A stretch of DNA of 64,000 nucleotides, taken from NCBI GenBank assembly GCA_964429775.1, contig CAYSDJ010000003.1, positions 75,129 through 139,128 on the forward strand, written 5' to 3'. The notes beneath the pieces were generated by a model, which did not search any database, was not told the origin of the DNA, and saw nothing but the letters and a program-made list of their open reading frames with translations. The position numbers and the translations under genes are program-made. Source of the stretch: an uncultured Rhizobiaceae bacterium (GTDB lineage Bacteria > Pseudomonadota > Alphaproteobacteria > UBA828). Positions 8,579 through 18,670 of this stretch are shown here, piece after piece; position 1 is the first letter of the stretch; every line of letters begins with the position of its first letter.

Positions 8579-10168
8579 TCAATAGCCCAACGCGCAACCG
8601 TCCTTGCGCGGGTCCGAGCCGCCGGAAAGGGTGCCGCGGTGCCAGTCGATGTGAATCGCCTGGCCGCCGCCGATCGGCACCTCGGCGGCTTTGACTTTGT
8701 GTCCCTTCGCTTCGAGCGCGGCTTTGGTGGCTTTGCTGAGACCATTTTCGACCGCGAGCTCGCCTTCGTAATGAAAGGCACGCGGCGCATCGAGCGCTTC
8801 CTGCGGATCCATGCCGAAATCGATGAAATTGGTCAGGAAATGGGCATGCCCGACCGCTTGATAATGCCCGCCCATGACGCCGAACGGCATGATCGCGCGG
8901 CCACCCTCGGCCAGCATGCCTGGAATGATGGTATGCATCGGCCGTTTGCCCGGTGCGATGTGGTTGGGGTGATCCGCGTCGAGCACGAAGCTCGACCCGC
9001 GGTTTTGCAACATCACGCCGCTTTGCGGTGCGCAAATGCCGCTGCCGAAGGAGTGGAAGGTCGAGTTGATGAAGGAGATGGCGTTGCGTTCGCTGTCTAC
9101 CACGGTGAGGTAAACCGTATCGCGGTGCTCGGTAACACCGGCGATGGGAAGATGTGCCAAGGCACGCTCCGGCGTGATCAGGGAGCGCAGGCCTTCGGCA
9201 TAGGCCGGCGAAAGCAAATGCGCGCTCGGCACCTGAACCGCGTCCGGGTCGGCGATCAGCGCCGCGCGGTCGCGGTAGGCGAGGCGTGCCGCCTCTGCTT
9301 CAAGGTGTAGGCGCTCGGCACCATTGGGGTCGAACGATGCCAAATCATAGCCCTGCAGAATATTGAGCATAATGAGGGCAATGATGCCCTGGCCGTTGGG
9401 CGGGCATTCGAAAACCTCATGGCCGCGATAATCGGCCTTGATCGGCTCGACATATTGGGCGCGGTAGTCGGCGAAATCCTGCGCGCTCATCAGGCTGCCG
9501 AGGCTGTGCAGATGGTTGACGATGTCCTCGCCGATAGCGCCTTGGTAGAAGGCATCGCGGCCATCTTTGGCGATCGATTTAAGGCTATTCGCCAATTCCG
9601 GCTGGCGGTGTATGTCGCCGACTTGCGGCGCATCACCGCCGGGCAGAAAAATTCGCTTGGCGGTCGGGCAATCCGCGAGTTTCTCGGCATTGGCGGCCCA
9701 ATCCATGGCGACTCGCGGCGATATCGCGTAACCCTCCTCGGCAAAGCGGATCGCCGGCTGCAGCAGTTCGGCAAAGTCCTTGCTGCCGTGATCGGCCAGC
9801 AGTTGCGACCAGGCATCGACGGCGCCCGGCACCGTCACGGCATGCGGGCTCTGATACTCGATTTCGCTGAGGCCCAATTCACGTAGGCGCTCGACGGTCG
9901 CCGCCAGCGGTGCCCGGCCGGAGCCGTTCATGGCAATCGGCGGCACGCGGCCCTTGGGCGCGTAGAGGACGAAACAATCGCCGCCGATCCCGGTCGATTG
10001 CGGCTCGACCACGCCGAGAACGGCACACGCCGCCACCGCCGCGTCGACCGCATTGCCGCCTGATTTCAGGACATTCAAGGCGGTCATGGTGGCGAGCGGC
10101 TGTGATGTCGCCGCCATGCCGTGTATACCGTGCGCGGTCGAGCGCCCGGGTAATTGAAAGTCGCGCAT
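8579..10168 (-). CDS. ggt: Gamma-glutamyltranspeptidase family protein
   Basis: GGT motifs GIGGDCF, the TTHxS-like region and PGKRPMHTIIP are present. No signal peptide is seen. Confidence 0.9.
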   Translation of the reverse strand: MRDFQLPGRSTAHGIHGMAATSQPLATMTALNVLKSGGNAVDAAVAACAVLGVVEPQSTGIGGDCFVLYAPKGRVPPIAMNGSGRAPLAATVERLRELGLSEIEYQSPHAVTVPGAVDAWSQLLADHGSKDFAELLQPAIRFAEEGYAISPRVAMDWAANAEKLADCPTAKRIFLPGGDAPQVGDIHRQPELANSLKSIAKDGRDAFYQGAIGEDIVNHLHSLGSLMSAQDFADYRAQYVEPIKADYRGHEVFECPPNGQGIIALIMLNILQGYDLASFDPNGAERLHLEAEAARLAYRDRAALIADPDAVQVPSAHLLSPAYAEGLRSLITPERALAHLPIAGVTEHRDTVYLTVVDSERNAISFINSTFHSFGSGICAPQSGVMLQNRGSSFVLDADHPNHIAPGKRPMHTIIPGMLAEGGRAIMPFGVMGGHYQAVGHAHFLTNFIDFGMDPQEALDAPRAFHYEGELAVENGLSKATKAALEAKGHKVKAAEVPIGGGQAIHIDWHRGTLSGGSDPRKDGCALGY

Positions 10169-10334
10169 TCACTGTTCTCCTGCTTTCAGCCGGGGCCACT
10201 ATGCATGGCAGGATTGGCATTGCAACGACACAGGAATTTATCCAGTAAACCGGTCACCAACCGGACACGGAGAATTTATCTCACGGTGGAGGAAAATATA
10301 TTAGCTTCGGCTCAGAAACATTAGGGGAAAGACA

Positions 10335-10781
10335 GTGCTACGAGTGCGGAAATACCTTTTGTATAGTGCGGCGATCGCACTTTCGGCCCTATTGATGGCG
10401 CCCTGGGCGGCCCATGCCGGGCAGCCAAAGCGCGTCACGGTGACCGGCGAGATTATCGATCCCTGGTGCTATCTCAGCGATATCATGTGGGCGACGGGCA
10501 GCGCCCATCATCAATGCGCCGTGTGGTGCGCGCGCGGCGGCATTCCGGTCGGTATTCTCGGCGACGATGAGCAGGTCTATATCGTGCTCAAGATGCAGAA
10601 CGACCCCGACGTGATTGGCCATCACGGAATTCTCCGCATGCAGAGCAACGAAGTGGTGGTCGAGGGCGACCTCTATGAGCGCGACTCGATCAAATATCTC
10701 GCCATCGACACCATCATCGACGATCACGGCATCGTTAATCACAGCCATGATGAATTCGACATTCAGCCGTTTGGAGAATAG
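10335..10781 (+). CDS. Secreted hypothetical protein with a 4-Cys motif (paralog 1)
   Basis: GTG start with a GGGGAAAG ribosome-binding site. The signal peptide ends AHA-G. Cys pattern is DPWCYLSD...HHQCAVWCARGG. Confidence 0.6.
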   Translation: MLRVRKYLLYSAAIALSALLMAPWAAHAGQPKRVTVTGEIIDPWCYLSDIMWATGSAHHQCAVWCARGGIPVGILGDDEQVYIVLKMQNDPDVIGHHGILRMQSNEVVVEGDLYERDSIKYLAIDTIIDDHGIVNHSHDEFDIQPFGE

Positions 10782-10784
10782 GCC

Positions 10785-11324
10785 ATGAACAAAACATATA
10801 TATCCTTCGTCGCCGGCCTGTTTGCGCTTGCGCTGTTCACGTTACCGGGCGTGGCGGCTGCCGCCGATAGCTGGGGTTTGCCGGGCGAGGAAGAAGTCCG
10901 CTTCGATGCCAAGGTCACCGATGTGCTGTGCGTTCTTTCGGGCGATTGTCCTCCCGATTGCGGCGCCGGCAAACGGGTGCTCGGCCTGTTAAAGGCCGAT
11001 GGCGAGCTGGTGCTGCCGGTCAAGAATGGCGGCCCCTTTACCGGCGCCGTGGCTGATCTGCTGCCTTATTGCGGCACCACCGTCACCGCCGACGGCCTGT
11101 TCACGATCAATTACGGCGTTAAAACCTTCGCCATGCAATTTGTTAAGCCGCAAGAGGCCAAATGGCGCCGCGCCAATCAGTTCGTCAAGGACTGGGCGGC
11201 CGCGCATGGGCTGGACGCCAAGGATAAAAAGGCACGCCGCTGGTTCCGCAATGACGAAACAATTGTGGAGATCATCGGCGAGCAGGGTAAACTGGGACTG
11301 AAAGATAAAGGGATCGAACCCTAA
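10785..11324 (+). CDS. Secreted hypothetical protein with a Cys motif (paralog 2 of the upstream gene)
   Basis: The signal peptide ends VAAA-AD. The shared pattern is V.D.LC.LS...C...C..G...G.L..DGE.V. Confidence 0.6.
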   Translation: MNKTYISFVAGLFALALFTLPGVAAAADSWGLPGEEEVRFDAKVTDVLCVLSGDCPPDCGAGKRVLGLLKADGELVLPVKNGGPFTGAVADLLPYCGTTVTADGLFTINYGVKTFAMQFVKPQEAKWRRANQFVKDWAAAHGLDAKDKKARRWFRNDETIVEIIGEQGKLGLKDKGIEP

Positions 11325-11366
11325 CCGCGCGGGCCGCCACTCGCCGCCCGCGGCGGGAGTGCCTGT

Positions 11367-11987
11367 GTGAACGAGACGCCGAACGAATACGAAATCCTTG
11401 AGCGCAAGACGCCGTTCCAAGGCTATTTTCGGATCGATAAATACAAGCTTCGCCACCGCTGTTTTGCCGGCGGCTGGACGGAACCCTTCTACCGCGAAGT
11501 ATTCGAGCGTGGTCACGCCGCTGCTGTGCTGCCCTATGATCCGGCGCGCGATGTGGTGGTGTTACAGGAGCAATTTCGAATCGGCGCCCTCGACGCGCCC
11601 GGCAGCCCGTGGTTGCTTGAGATCGTCGCCGGCATCATTGATGCCGGCGAGGAGGTCGAGGATGTAGCGCGCCGCGAAGCGGTTGAGGAAGCCGGCCTGG
11701 AGCTGGGAGAACTCCTCCATATTCAAAATTACTTTGCCTCGCCAGGTGGAACTTCAGAGAGAATTTCGCTTTTTGTCGGGCGCGTCGATTCGACAAAAGC
11801 TGGCGGGATTTTTGGCGTGGCTTCGGAGGCTGAAGATATTCGTGTGCGCGTGCTGCCGTTCGAGCAGGCCATGGCCGAGCTTGCGCGCCGGCCGATAAAC
11901 GCAGCCACAGTTATCATCGCCATGCAGTGGCTGGCGCTCAACCGGGATATGCTGCGCCAACTTTGGTCGGAGGCGCCGGCGCTGTGA
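11367..11987 (+). CDS. nudF: ADP-ribose pyrophosphatase (Nudix hydrolase)
   Basis: A Nudix box region REAVEEAGLELGEL is present. The start is GTG. Confidence 0.8.
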   Translation: MNETPNEYEILERKTPFQGYFRIDKYKLRHRCFAGGWTEPFYREVFERGHAAAVLPYDPARDVVVLQEQFRIGALDAPGSPWLLEIVAGIIDAGEEVEDVARREAVEEAGLELGELLHIQNYFASPGGTSERISLFVGRVDSTKAGGIFGVASEAEDIRVRVLPFEQAMAELARRPINAATVIIAMQWLALNRDMLRQLWSEAPAL

Positions 11988-13366
11988 TAAACCGCTTCAC
12001 CTATTGGGTCTTGCTGATCGTATTGGCATTGGCGCCACTGCCGTTTGGCGCCAACCGCCCGTGGTCGTGGAGTTTTCTGAGCCTTGTCATCGGCATACTG
12101 CTCATTCTCTGGGTGCTGACGGCGCTGCGCGATCCGGGCAGAGTCCGTGCCGCCTGGCAGCAGCATTGGATCGCCACCTGCCTCTTTCTCCTGGTCATGT
12201 TATGGGCCGCTATTCAGGCCGCGGGGTGGACGCCGGCAGCGTGGCACCACCCGCTCTGGGGCGAGGCGGGCGCGGCGCTCGGCACTGAGTTGCGCGGCGC
12301 CATAAGCCTTGAGCCTGACGCCGGTATCGAGACGATCATGCGTCTCTTGGCTTATGCCGGCGTTTTCTGGCTGGCCCTGCAATATTGCCGCAGCGGCCGG
12401 CGTGCGCGCGCGCTTTTCCAGGCCATCGCCTTTTCGGGTTTCGTTTATGCCGCCTACGGCCTGATCGTCACCTTGGGCGGCAATGACAGCATCCTGTGGT
12501 TTGAACGCTGGGCCTATACCCATTCGCTCACTAGCACTTTCGTCAATCGCAACAGCTTTGCTACTTATGCCGGCCTCACGCTGATATCGAGCTTTGTCAT
12601 TTTATTCAGCGGCGAAGGCAGTCGCGCATCGACCAATCCGTTTAGCCGCCAAGGTGCAATGGCGATGATGGATAAATTCTCCCATGGCGGCTGGGTCTAT
12701 GGCTTGATCATTGCGGTCAGTGCTGCGGCGCTGTTTCTCAGCCATTCGCGTGCCGGTATCGCCGCGGTCGCGCTTGGCATGGTGGTGTTCTTCGCCGCTC
12801 TCGCCGCCGGCCGCCGCCTGGCCGGCAAGGCGATCGCGCTCTTTGGCGGTATCGTTGCGGTGCTTGCGGTGGTCATCATTCTGGTTGCCGGACAGGCGGC
12901 GGATCGTGTCGATCGCTCGATCGAGCGCGAGGAACGCGGCGTCCTCTTCGGCTATAGCGTTGACGCCATCGAAGACTATCCGCTCGAGGGCTCTGGCTTC
13001 GGCGCCTGGTCGGAAGTTTTCCGCCTCTACCGCGACGAGACGTTGGTGCGGGGCTATCAACGGGCGCATAACAGCTACCTCGAATGGGCCTCCGAGTTGG
13101 GCCTGCCGGCGACGGCGTTGATGGTGGGCGCGCTGCTTGGTCTGGGTGTGGTGTGTTTTATCGGCGTCCGCCGACGGCGTCACAATCAATCCTACCCGGC
13201 AGCCGGCGTGGCCGCCGGGGTATTGGTGGCAAGCCATTCGATCGTCGATTTCAGTTTGCAAATTCCGGCTGTCAGCGTGGTCTTCGCCGCCATGCTCGGC
13301 GCCGCGTGCGCCCAATCCCGCCCCAGCAACGAGGCCGAGCCCTATCTCGGGCGTATGCGCCGCTGA
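11984..13366 (+). CDS. O-antigen ligase family membrane protein (Wzy_C domain)
   Basis: The protein is polytopic. A Wzy_C-like region carries a conserved His (SHSRAG...) and a large periplasmic loop. The start is GTG 11984 overlapping the nudF stop; an alternative ATG is at 11927. Confidence 0.75.
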   Translation: MINRFTYWVLLIVLALAPLPFGANRPWSWSFLSLVIGILLILWVLTALRDPGRVRAAWQQHWIATCLFLLVMLWAAIQAAGWTPAAWHHPLWGEAGAALGTELRGAISLEPDAGIETIMRLLAYAGVFWLALQYCRSGRRARALFQAIAFSGFVYAAYGLIVTLGGNDSILWFERWAYTHSLTSTFVNRNSFATYAGLTLISSFVILFSGEGSRASTNPFSRQGAMAMMDKFSHGGWVYGLIIAVSAAALFLSHSRAGIAAVALGMVVFFAALAAGRRLAGKAIALFGGIVAVLAVVIILVAGQAADRVDRSIEREERGVLFGYSVDAIEDYPLEGSGFGAWSEVFRLYRDETLVRGYQRAHNSYLEWASELGLPATALMVGALLGLGVVCFIGVRRRRHNQSYPAAGVAAGVLVASHSIVDFSLQIPAVSVVFAAMLGAACAQSRPSNEAEPYLGRMRR

Positions 13367-13384
13367 GGTGCGCGCCGCTTTGCT

Positions 13385-14089
13385 CTAACCTCGCGGGTGA
13401 TTTTTTACCGCGCGTTCGAACTTCGCCAATAATTTCGGCTGGTGGCGCAGCGCCCGGCGGACAATTGGCGACGCGTGCAACCTTTCGGAAATGGCGACCA
13501 GGCGGCTGGTGCGTTGCACGACGGCGAATGCGAACTGTTCGCCCGCCGCCTTGCGGGTCTCGCTGTCGAGCTTGGCCCAGGAAACAAAGGCCAGCTCGGA
13601 CATGGCGTATACGGTGAAGCGGTTATAGCGCCCGGTGCGATAGGCCATGGCCAGCGCCCGGATCATTTGCGGCGAAACCCGGTTGAGGGCGAATTCGGAT
13701 TGCGCCAGGCGCAGCCACGGCTCGGGCAGGGCGGGGTTGAGCGCGATCGCGCGCCGGCTCGCTTCCTGGCTGTGGCGTAATCCCGCTTCGCGGTCCGCGC
13801 TGCCTGGGTCGGCGAGCAGGGCGCGGGCATAATGGAGGCGGGCCATGGCCGACCAGCGCGCCGCGCTATCGACCCAGCCATTGGCGGCATCGAAGGATTG
13901 CATCGCCGATTTTATCGTCGCGTCGGATATCGGCGCACCTTCGCGCAATTCATTGATGGTCAGGGTGCCGTGCAATTCCGCCAACCCGGCGGCGGTGCGC
14001 GGCAGGGCGAGGACGACCAGAATAATGCCGACGGTGAGAGCCGCAGTGAGGGAGAGAATATATCCGGGTGCGAAGCGTCGCGGCGCCAT
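13385..14089 (-). CDS. Hypothetical membrane-anchored protein (single N-terminal TM, helical/TPR-like periplasmic part)
   Basis: It is the last gene of the minus-strand export operon, after wzc. It has no catalytic motifs. Confidence 0.5.
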   Translation of the reverse strand: MAPRRFAPGYILSLTAALTVGIILVVLALPRTAAGLAELHGTLTINELREGAPISDATIKSAMQSFDAANGWVDSAARWSAMARLHYARALLADPGSADREAGLRHSQEASRRAIALNPALPEPWLRLAQSEFALNRVSPQMIRALAMAYRTGRYNRFTVYAMSELAFVSWAKLDSETRKAAGEQFAFAVVQRTSRLVAISERLHASPIVRRALRHQPKLLAKFERAVKNHPRG

Positions 14090-14094
14090 GATGA

Positions 14095-16434
14095 TCAGGT
14101 TTCAGAGTAATAGTTTTTATACTGCCCTGCATAATGACCGCCATCGCTGCCATAGTAACGCTCAAATTTCTTCACATCGACCTGCGAGAGCACCACCCCG
14201 GCAACATCGGCGCCAGATGCAACAATTTGTTTTAGGGCATTGGCGGCGGCACTGCGGCGGGTCTTGTTCCATTCGATGATGAAAACGGTCTTATCGACCT
14301 GGCGGCCGAGGACGAGGGTATCCGACACGGCGAGAACCGGTGGCGTGTCGAGCACGACGAGGTCATACGTATCGGCAAGCGCTTCAAGCAGCTCGCTCAT
14401 GAGATTGGACGCGAGCACATCGGTGGCGTTGGAAACGGTGGGCCCGGCGAGAATGTAGTGCGCCTCCGATTTGAAATCGATCTCGATTATGTCCTCAAGC
14501 TCTTTCTCGTGCGATAGATAATCGACAATGCCCTGGCTGTTCGGCACTTGTAGCGCTTTGTGCAGGGACGGTTTGCGCAGATCGCAATCGATAATCAACA
14601 CTTTCTGGCCGGACTTTGCCGCCGCACGGGCGAGCGATAATGACGCCGTCGTCTTTCCTTCGCTTGGCACCGAAGAGGTGATAGAAATTGTCCGGGGCGG
14701 CCGATCGACATCGGAAAGCAGCAATGCCGTCCGGAGCGTGCGCATGGCCTCTGAATAGGATGAGGTCGGCTTGTCGATGACCAAATCATAAGGCGCCTTG
14801 CCTTCCTTGTTGGCGCCGGTAACGCGCGGCAGCATGGCGATGGCCGGAATGCCGGTCGCGTCCTCGACCTGGTCGATGGTGCGGAAACCGGATTCCAATT
14901 GCTCGCGGACAAAAGCCAGCAGGAAGCCGATCAGGCCCGAGAGAATGAGCCCGGCACCGATAATCAATCCCTTGCGCGGCCGCGACGGGCCATTTGGTGC
15001 GGTGGCATAGGAAATGACACGCGCATCCGGTTCGATAATCTGTTGCTGCTGGGTATCTACCTGTTTGAAGCGTGCCAAAACGGTTTCATATAGCTCCCGG
15101 TCAGCGAGCGCGACGCTCGACAGTTCGCCCAGTTTCACTTCCGCCTGGTTCTGTTCGCCGACCCGTTCCTGCAATTTCTCAACCTCGGCAATCAGTTTGT
15201 CCTGGCGAATTTCGGTGATCTCCAGCTCGTTGCCGAGATTGATCGCGACCTTGTTGACTTCCTGGTTGATCTTCTTCTGCAGGTCTTCCAATTCGCTCCG
15301 CGCCAGCATCATTTTGGGATGGGCGTCGCGATACTGCGTTTCAAGTTCGGCAATGTTTCGGGTCAGCTCCGATTCCTGTTCGCGCAGGCGCTGGATAAGC
15401 GGCGATTCCAACACGGCGGCGGCCGAATCAAGACCGCCCGGCGTTTCCAATAGGCGCTGCACTTGATTGTAGCGCGCCTCGGCTTCGGCCAGAACGGTGC
15501 GCGATGCGATCAGTTGGGAATTTAGTTCGGCCAATTGCTGGGCGTAGAGTGTGGTATCGCCGATATTCACCAATCCGGCGCGGCGGCGGAAGGATTCGAG
15601 ATTGCGGCTCGAGGCCTCGACCCTGAGGCGCAGCTCGCCGACCCGGTCCGCCAGCCAGCGGTTGGCCCGTTCGGTGGCCTCATATTTGGCGTTGAGCTGC
15701 TCCAGGATATAGATATCGGCCACCGTATTGGTCGCCAACGCCGCCATCTCGGGATCGGGCGAAATATAAGAAATATCGATCACCAGCGATGTGCCGCCGG
15801 CCTCAACCGACAGTCCGGACAAGAACATATCAACCAGATATTGCCTGAGCGCCTCTTCCTTTTGCGCCTTGGTCAACACCACCGGCGCTTCAACCTCTTC
15901 CTCAGTCATGCCGAGGGAGGCGCGCCAGCTCTCGGGGAATATTTCCTTGAAGCTGGCAATGCCGAGCGCCTTTTTCAGCGAGCCCATCAGGCCGATCTTG
16001 GGCTCGCTCAGCTGCGGGTTATAAAGCGGATTGTTCACCAGGTCCAATTGCTCGACGACCTTTAAGGCGAGCGTGCGCGAGCGGATAATCTCGGCCTCGG
16101 TTTCATTGGTATAGAAATCGACGTTGAGGCCCTGAACCACGGATTCCGCCGACCGTCCGCCGGCATTGATCTGTTGGCGTTGCAGTACCAGGCTGGCTTC
16201 GGCGCTGTAGAGCGGTGTCATGCGCTGCACCATGAATATCGAGAGCAGCGTACCGATTATGATGACGCCGATAATCAGCATCTTGTTGCGTAAGAGGATG
16301 GCGAAGAATTGGCTGAGGTCGAATTCGCGCTTGGCCTGTGCCGGCGCTGGTGCGCCCACATCCTCGACCGGGACGAAGGTTAACTCCTCCGGTTCCTGGC
16401 GCGGCATGCGCGCCACTTTGCCTGGACTAGCCAT
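14095..16434 (-). CDS. wzc: Polysaccharide co-polymerase / tyrosine autokinase (Wzc/ExoP/GumC family)
   Basis: An N-terminal Wzz domain with two TMs is followed by a long coiled-coil. The C-terminal P-loop is SEGKTTASLSLA, with Walker B VLIIDCDLRKP. Confidence 0.9.
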   Translation of the reverse strand: MASPGKVARMPRQEPEELTFVPVEDVGAPAPAQAKREFDLSQFFAILLRNKMLIIGVIIIGTLLSIFMVQRMTPLYSAEASLVLQRQQINAGGRSAESVVQGLNVDFYTNETEAEIIRSRTLALKVVEQLDLVNNPLYNPQLSEPKIGLMGSLKKALGIASFKEIFPESWRASLGMTEEEVEAPVVLTKAQKEEALRQYLVDMFLSGLSVEAGGTSLVIDISYISPDPEMAALATNTVADIYILEQLNAKYEATERANRWLADRVGELRLRVEASSRNLESFRRRAGLVNIGDTTLYAQQLAELNSQLIASRTVLAEAEARYNQVQRLLETPGGLDSAAAVLESPLIQRLREQESELTRNIAELETQYRDAHPKMMLARSELEDLQKKINQEVNKVAINLGNELEITEIRQDKLIAEVEKLQERVGEQNQAEVKLGELSSVALADRELYETVLARFKQVDTQQQQIIEPDARVISYATAPNGPSRPRKGLIIGAGLILSGLIGFLLAFVREQLESGFRTIDQVEDATGIPAIAMLPRVTGANKEGKAPYDLVIDKPTSSYSEAMRTLRTALLLSDVDRPPRTISITSSVPSEGKTTASLSLARAAAKSGQKVLIIDCDLRKPSLHKALQVPNSQGIVDYLSHEKELEDIIEIDFKSEAHYILAGPTVSNATDVLASNLMSELLEALADTYDLVVLDTPPVLAVSDTLVLGRQVDKTVFIIEWNKTRRSAAANALKQIVASGADVAGVVLSQVDVKKFERYYGSDGGHYAGQYKNYYSET

Positions 16435-16592
16435 GCGGCTTCTCCCAGCGCGTGCACAGCTTGATCGACCAAATAATCATCTGTTCCCGCTTCGACCGAA
16501 TGCCCTCGGACAGAATGAGGGCCAACAAGTTAGTTTTGTTAACATCTTAGTGGCAAGTCCTGTTCTCATATGTGGCTTTCATCACAGCGGCG

Positions 16593-17342
16593 CTAGAACA
16601 GCCGGCGATAGACCTCAATTGTATCGCCCGGCAGGACGACGGTTTTCAGATAGCCTTCGATATCGATAAGCTCGTCCAGCGTGGTGCGCGTAATCGACAC
16701 CGGCTCTTCGCTGGCGCGCCGCGTATAGCCGCCGGCGAGCGCGATTGCTTGGCGCACTGTCATACCGCTGACATAGGGATAGCTGCCCGGCTTATTGACT
16801 TGGCCATAAATGTAAAATGGCCGGTAATTGGTGACTTCAACACTGATTCTCGGATCGATCAGATAATCGCCGGCGTAAAGGTCGGTGACGATCTGCTGCA
16901 ATTCGTTGACAGTTTTGCTTTGCGCCTGCACCTGGCCAATGAGCGGCAAGGAGATGCGGCCCTGGCCGTCCACCGCGAGCTCGCCGGAAAGATCATCCTG
17001 GCCAAACACGACGACCGACAGCCGGTCGCCCGGTCCAAGCCGGTATTCCTGCAATCCCGACTTATCGATCAGTTCATCCCTTACGGCTTCGGCTTTTGCC
17101 GCGGCTGCTTCGTCTGCTGTCTCGCCGCTTTCGGCATCTTCTTCAGCGGCCTGTTCTTCCGCCCCCAGGACCTTGTCCGGATCGTCGTTCTTGAAAGATT
17201 CAAGTTCGAGCAATTCGTCGTCATCGATTTCGAGGTCCAAACTTTGATTGCGCGGATCCTGAGCGCTGGCGATGAACGGCAATGCCGCCACGCCTGCGGC
17301 CAAAATGAAGGCCAATATCCCGATGCGCAAGGTGCCGTACAT
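16593..17342 (-). CDS. wza: Polysaccharide export outer-membrane lipoprotein Wza (Poly_export/SLBB)
   Basis: The signal peptide is followed by the Poly_export motif PGDRLSVVVFG...YRPFYIYGQVNKPGSY and a C-terminal SLBB domain. Confidence 0.9.
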   Translation of the reverse strand: MYGTLRIGILAFILAAGVAALPFIASAQDPRNQSLDLEIDDDELLELESFKNDDPDKVLGAEEQAAEEDAESGETADEAAAAKAEAVRDELIDKSGLQEYRLGPGDRLSVVVFGQDDLSGELAVDGQGRISLPLIGQVQAQSKTVNELQQIVTDLYAGDYLIDPRISVEVTNYRPFYIYGQVNKPGSYPYVSGMTVRQAIALAGGYTRRASEEPVSITRTTLDELIDIEGYLKTVVLPGDTIEVYRRLF

Positions 17343-17344
17343 TT

Positions 17345-18670
17345 CTAGATCTGCCCCAAAATGCGGAAGGTGACGGCATTATTGTCAAAGCTTGAACCGG
17401 CCTCGGAGGATTGGCGTTCGCTGTGCCGGTAGTCACCGCGGAACGAAAGCTGCCGGTTCATGAAATAGCGAAAGCCGAGAAAAGCTTCCCAATCGGTGTC
17501 GTCGCGCGGTTGCTCGACAAACTCGTTTATTTCATATGTGGCGCCGGCCGAGAGCAGCAGGCTGTAGAGAAGTTCATGGTCGATCTGCAGGTCGCCGCCG
17601 GTGGCTTGAATTTGCGACGCGCCGGCCAGATTCGTGCCTTCAAAATTATGGTGGACGCCCGCCGTCACCGTCGTCAGCCCGGTGACGTTCCAGATCATCT
17701 GGCCATCCATCGTCAGGCCGTCGACATCATCGAAGGTGGGGTCGGTGAAGGAGCGTTTGATGTAGCCGCCATTGAAGGCAAGGAATGTCACGCCCGAATA
17801 ATCGATGGTCAGGCCGGCCAACATTTGCCAGGCGAAGGAATCGCGGTTCTCAAGATCATCGTCAAACGAATCGACAAATCTCTGAACATTGATCGAGGGT
17901 TCGAGAAAAAAGCGCGAGCCCGGCACATCCTCATAGGTCCAGCGATTCCTGACAAAATATTCATCGCGATCACGGTCGTCATGATTGAGGTCGTTATCGC
18001 CGTAATTCAGCCTTTGTATCTTTGCACTCGCCTCGGTGCTGATAATGCTGCCGCCGCCATATTCGCCACCGATTTCAGCGCTGGTGTCAAAAAATGTCGT
18101 GACCGTCTGGCCGCCCTCATCGTCGACGGCGCCGCGACCTTCATGGGCGCGGCCATGGCGTAATTCGACAAACGCACTTGAGCGCTCATCGATATCGACG
18201 CGCAATTTGGCGCGAAAACTGAAATCGTCAAAATCCTCGCTGTCGAATTCCTGCCAACGTTGAAAATGCGCTTTGCTTTCAAATTCGAACTGATGGCTCT
18301 CCCAATTCGACTTGATCGACAGACTCGGCAGGAAGGCGAGGAAATAATCTGATTTTTCGTCGGTCTCGGTGCGGAACAGATTGTCCTCATAGCCGAAGCG
18401 CACCTCAGCCTTGGGGAATTCTTCAAATGACGGCAGATATTCGGTCTCCACGCCGATCGCCTTGAATTCCGGACGCACGCGGCCGAGCACTGATTCCTTG
18501 CGTGCCTGTTCGGCAAAATCAATGCTCAGTTCCTGCAATTGCGCCCGCGCCTCGCCACGCCACAGGCACAAGCCGGCAGAAAGCAGCAGCCCAAAGGCGA
18601 GCAAGCGAACAGCAATCATCAGTTTGGGCCTTATTACAGGCGTTATCACAGGCACGGAATTGTCACGCAA
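17345..18670 (-). CDS. Outer-membrane beta-barrel protein (BBP2/OmpL-like) of the polysaccharide export operon
   Basis: The signal peptide ends ARA-QL. The D/N/Y-rich strands alternate and the C-terminus is aromatic-containing. The start could alternatively be the internal Met at about 18619. Confidence 0.6.
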   Translation of the reverse strand: MRDNSVPVITPVIRPKLMIAVRLLAFGLLLSAGLCLWRGEARAQLQELSIDFAEQARKESVLGRVRPEFKAIGVETEYLPSFEEFPKAEVRFGYEDNLFRTETDEKSDYFLAFLPSLSIKSNWESHQFEFESKAHFQRWQEFDSEDFDDFSFRAKLRVDIDERSSAFVELRHGRAHEGRGAVDDEGGQTVTTFFDTSAEIGGEYGGGSIISTEASAKIQRLNYGDNDLNHDDRDRDEYFVRNRWTYEDVPGSRFFLEPSINVQRFVDSFDDDLENRDSFAWQMLAGLTIDYSGVTFLAFNGGYIKRSFTDPTFDDVDGLTMDGQMIWNVTGLTTVTAGVHHNFEGTNLAGASQIQATGGDLQIDHELLYSLLLSAGATYEINEFVEQPRDDTDWEAFLGFRYFMNRQLSFRGDYRHSERQSSEAGSSFDNNAVTFRILGQI

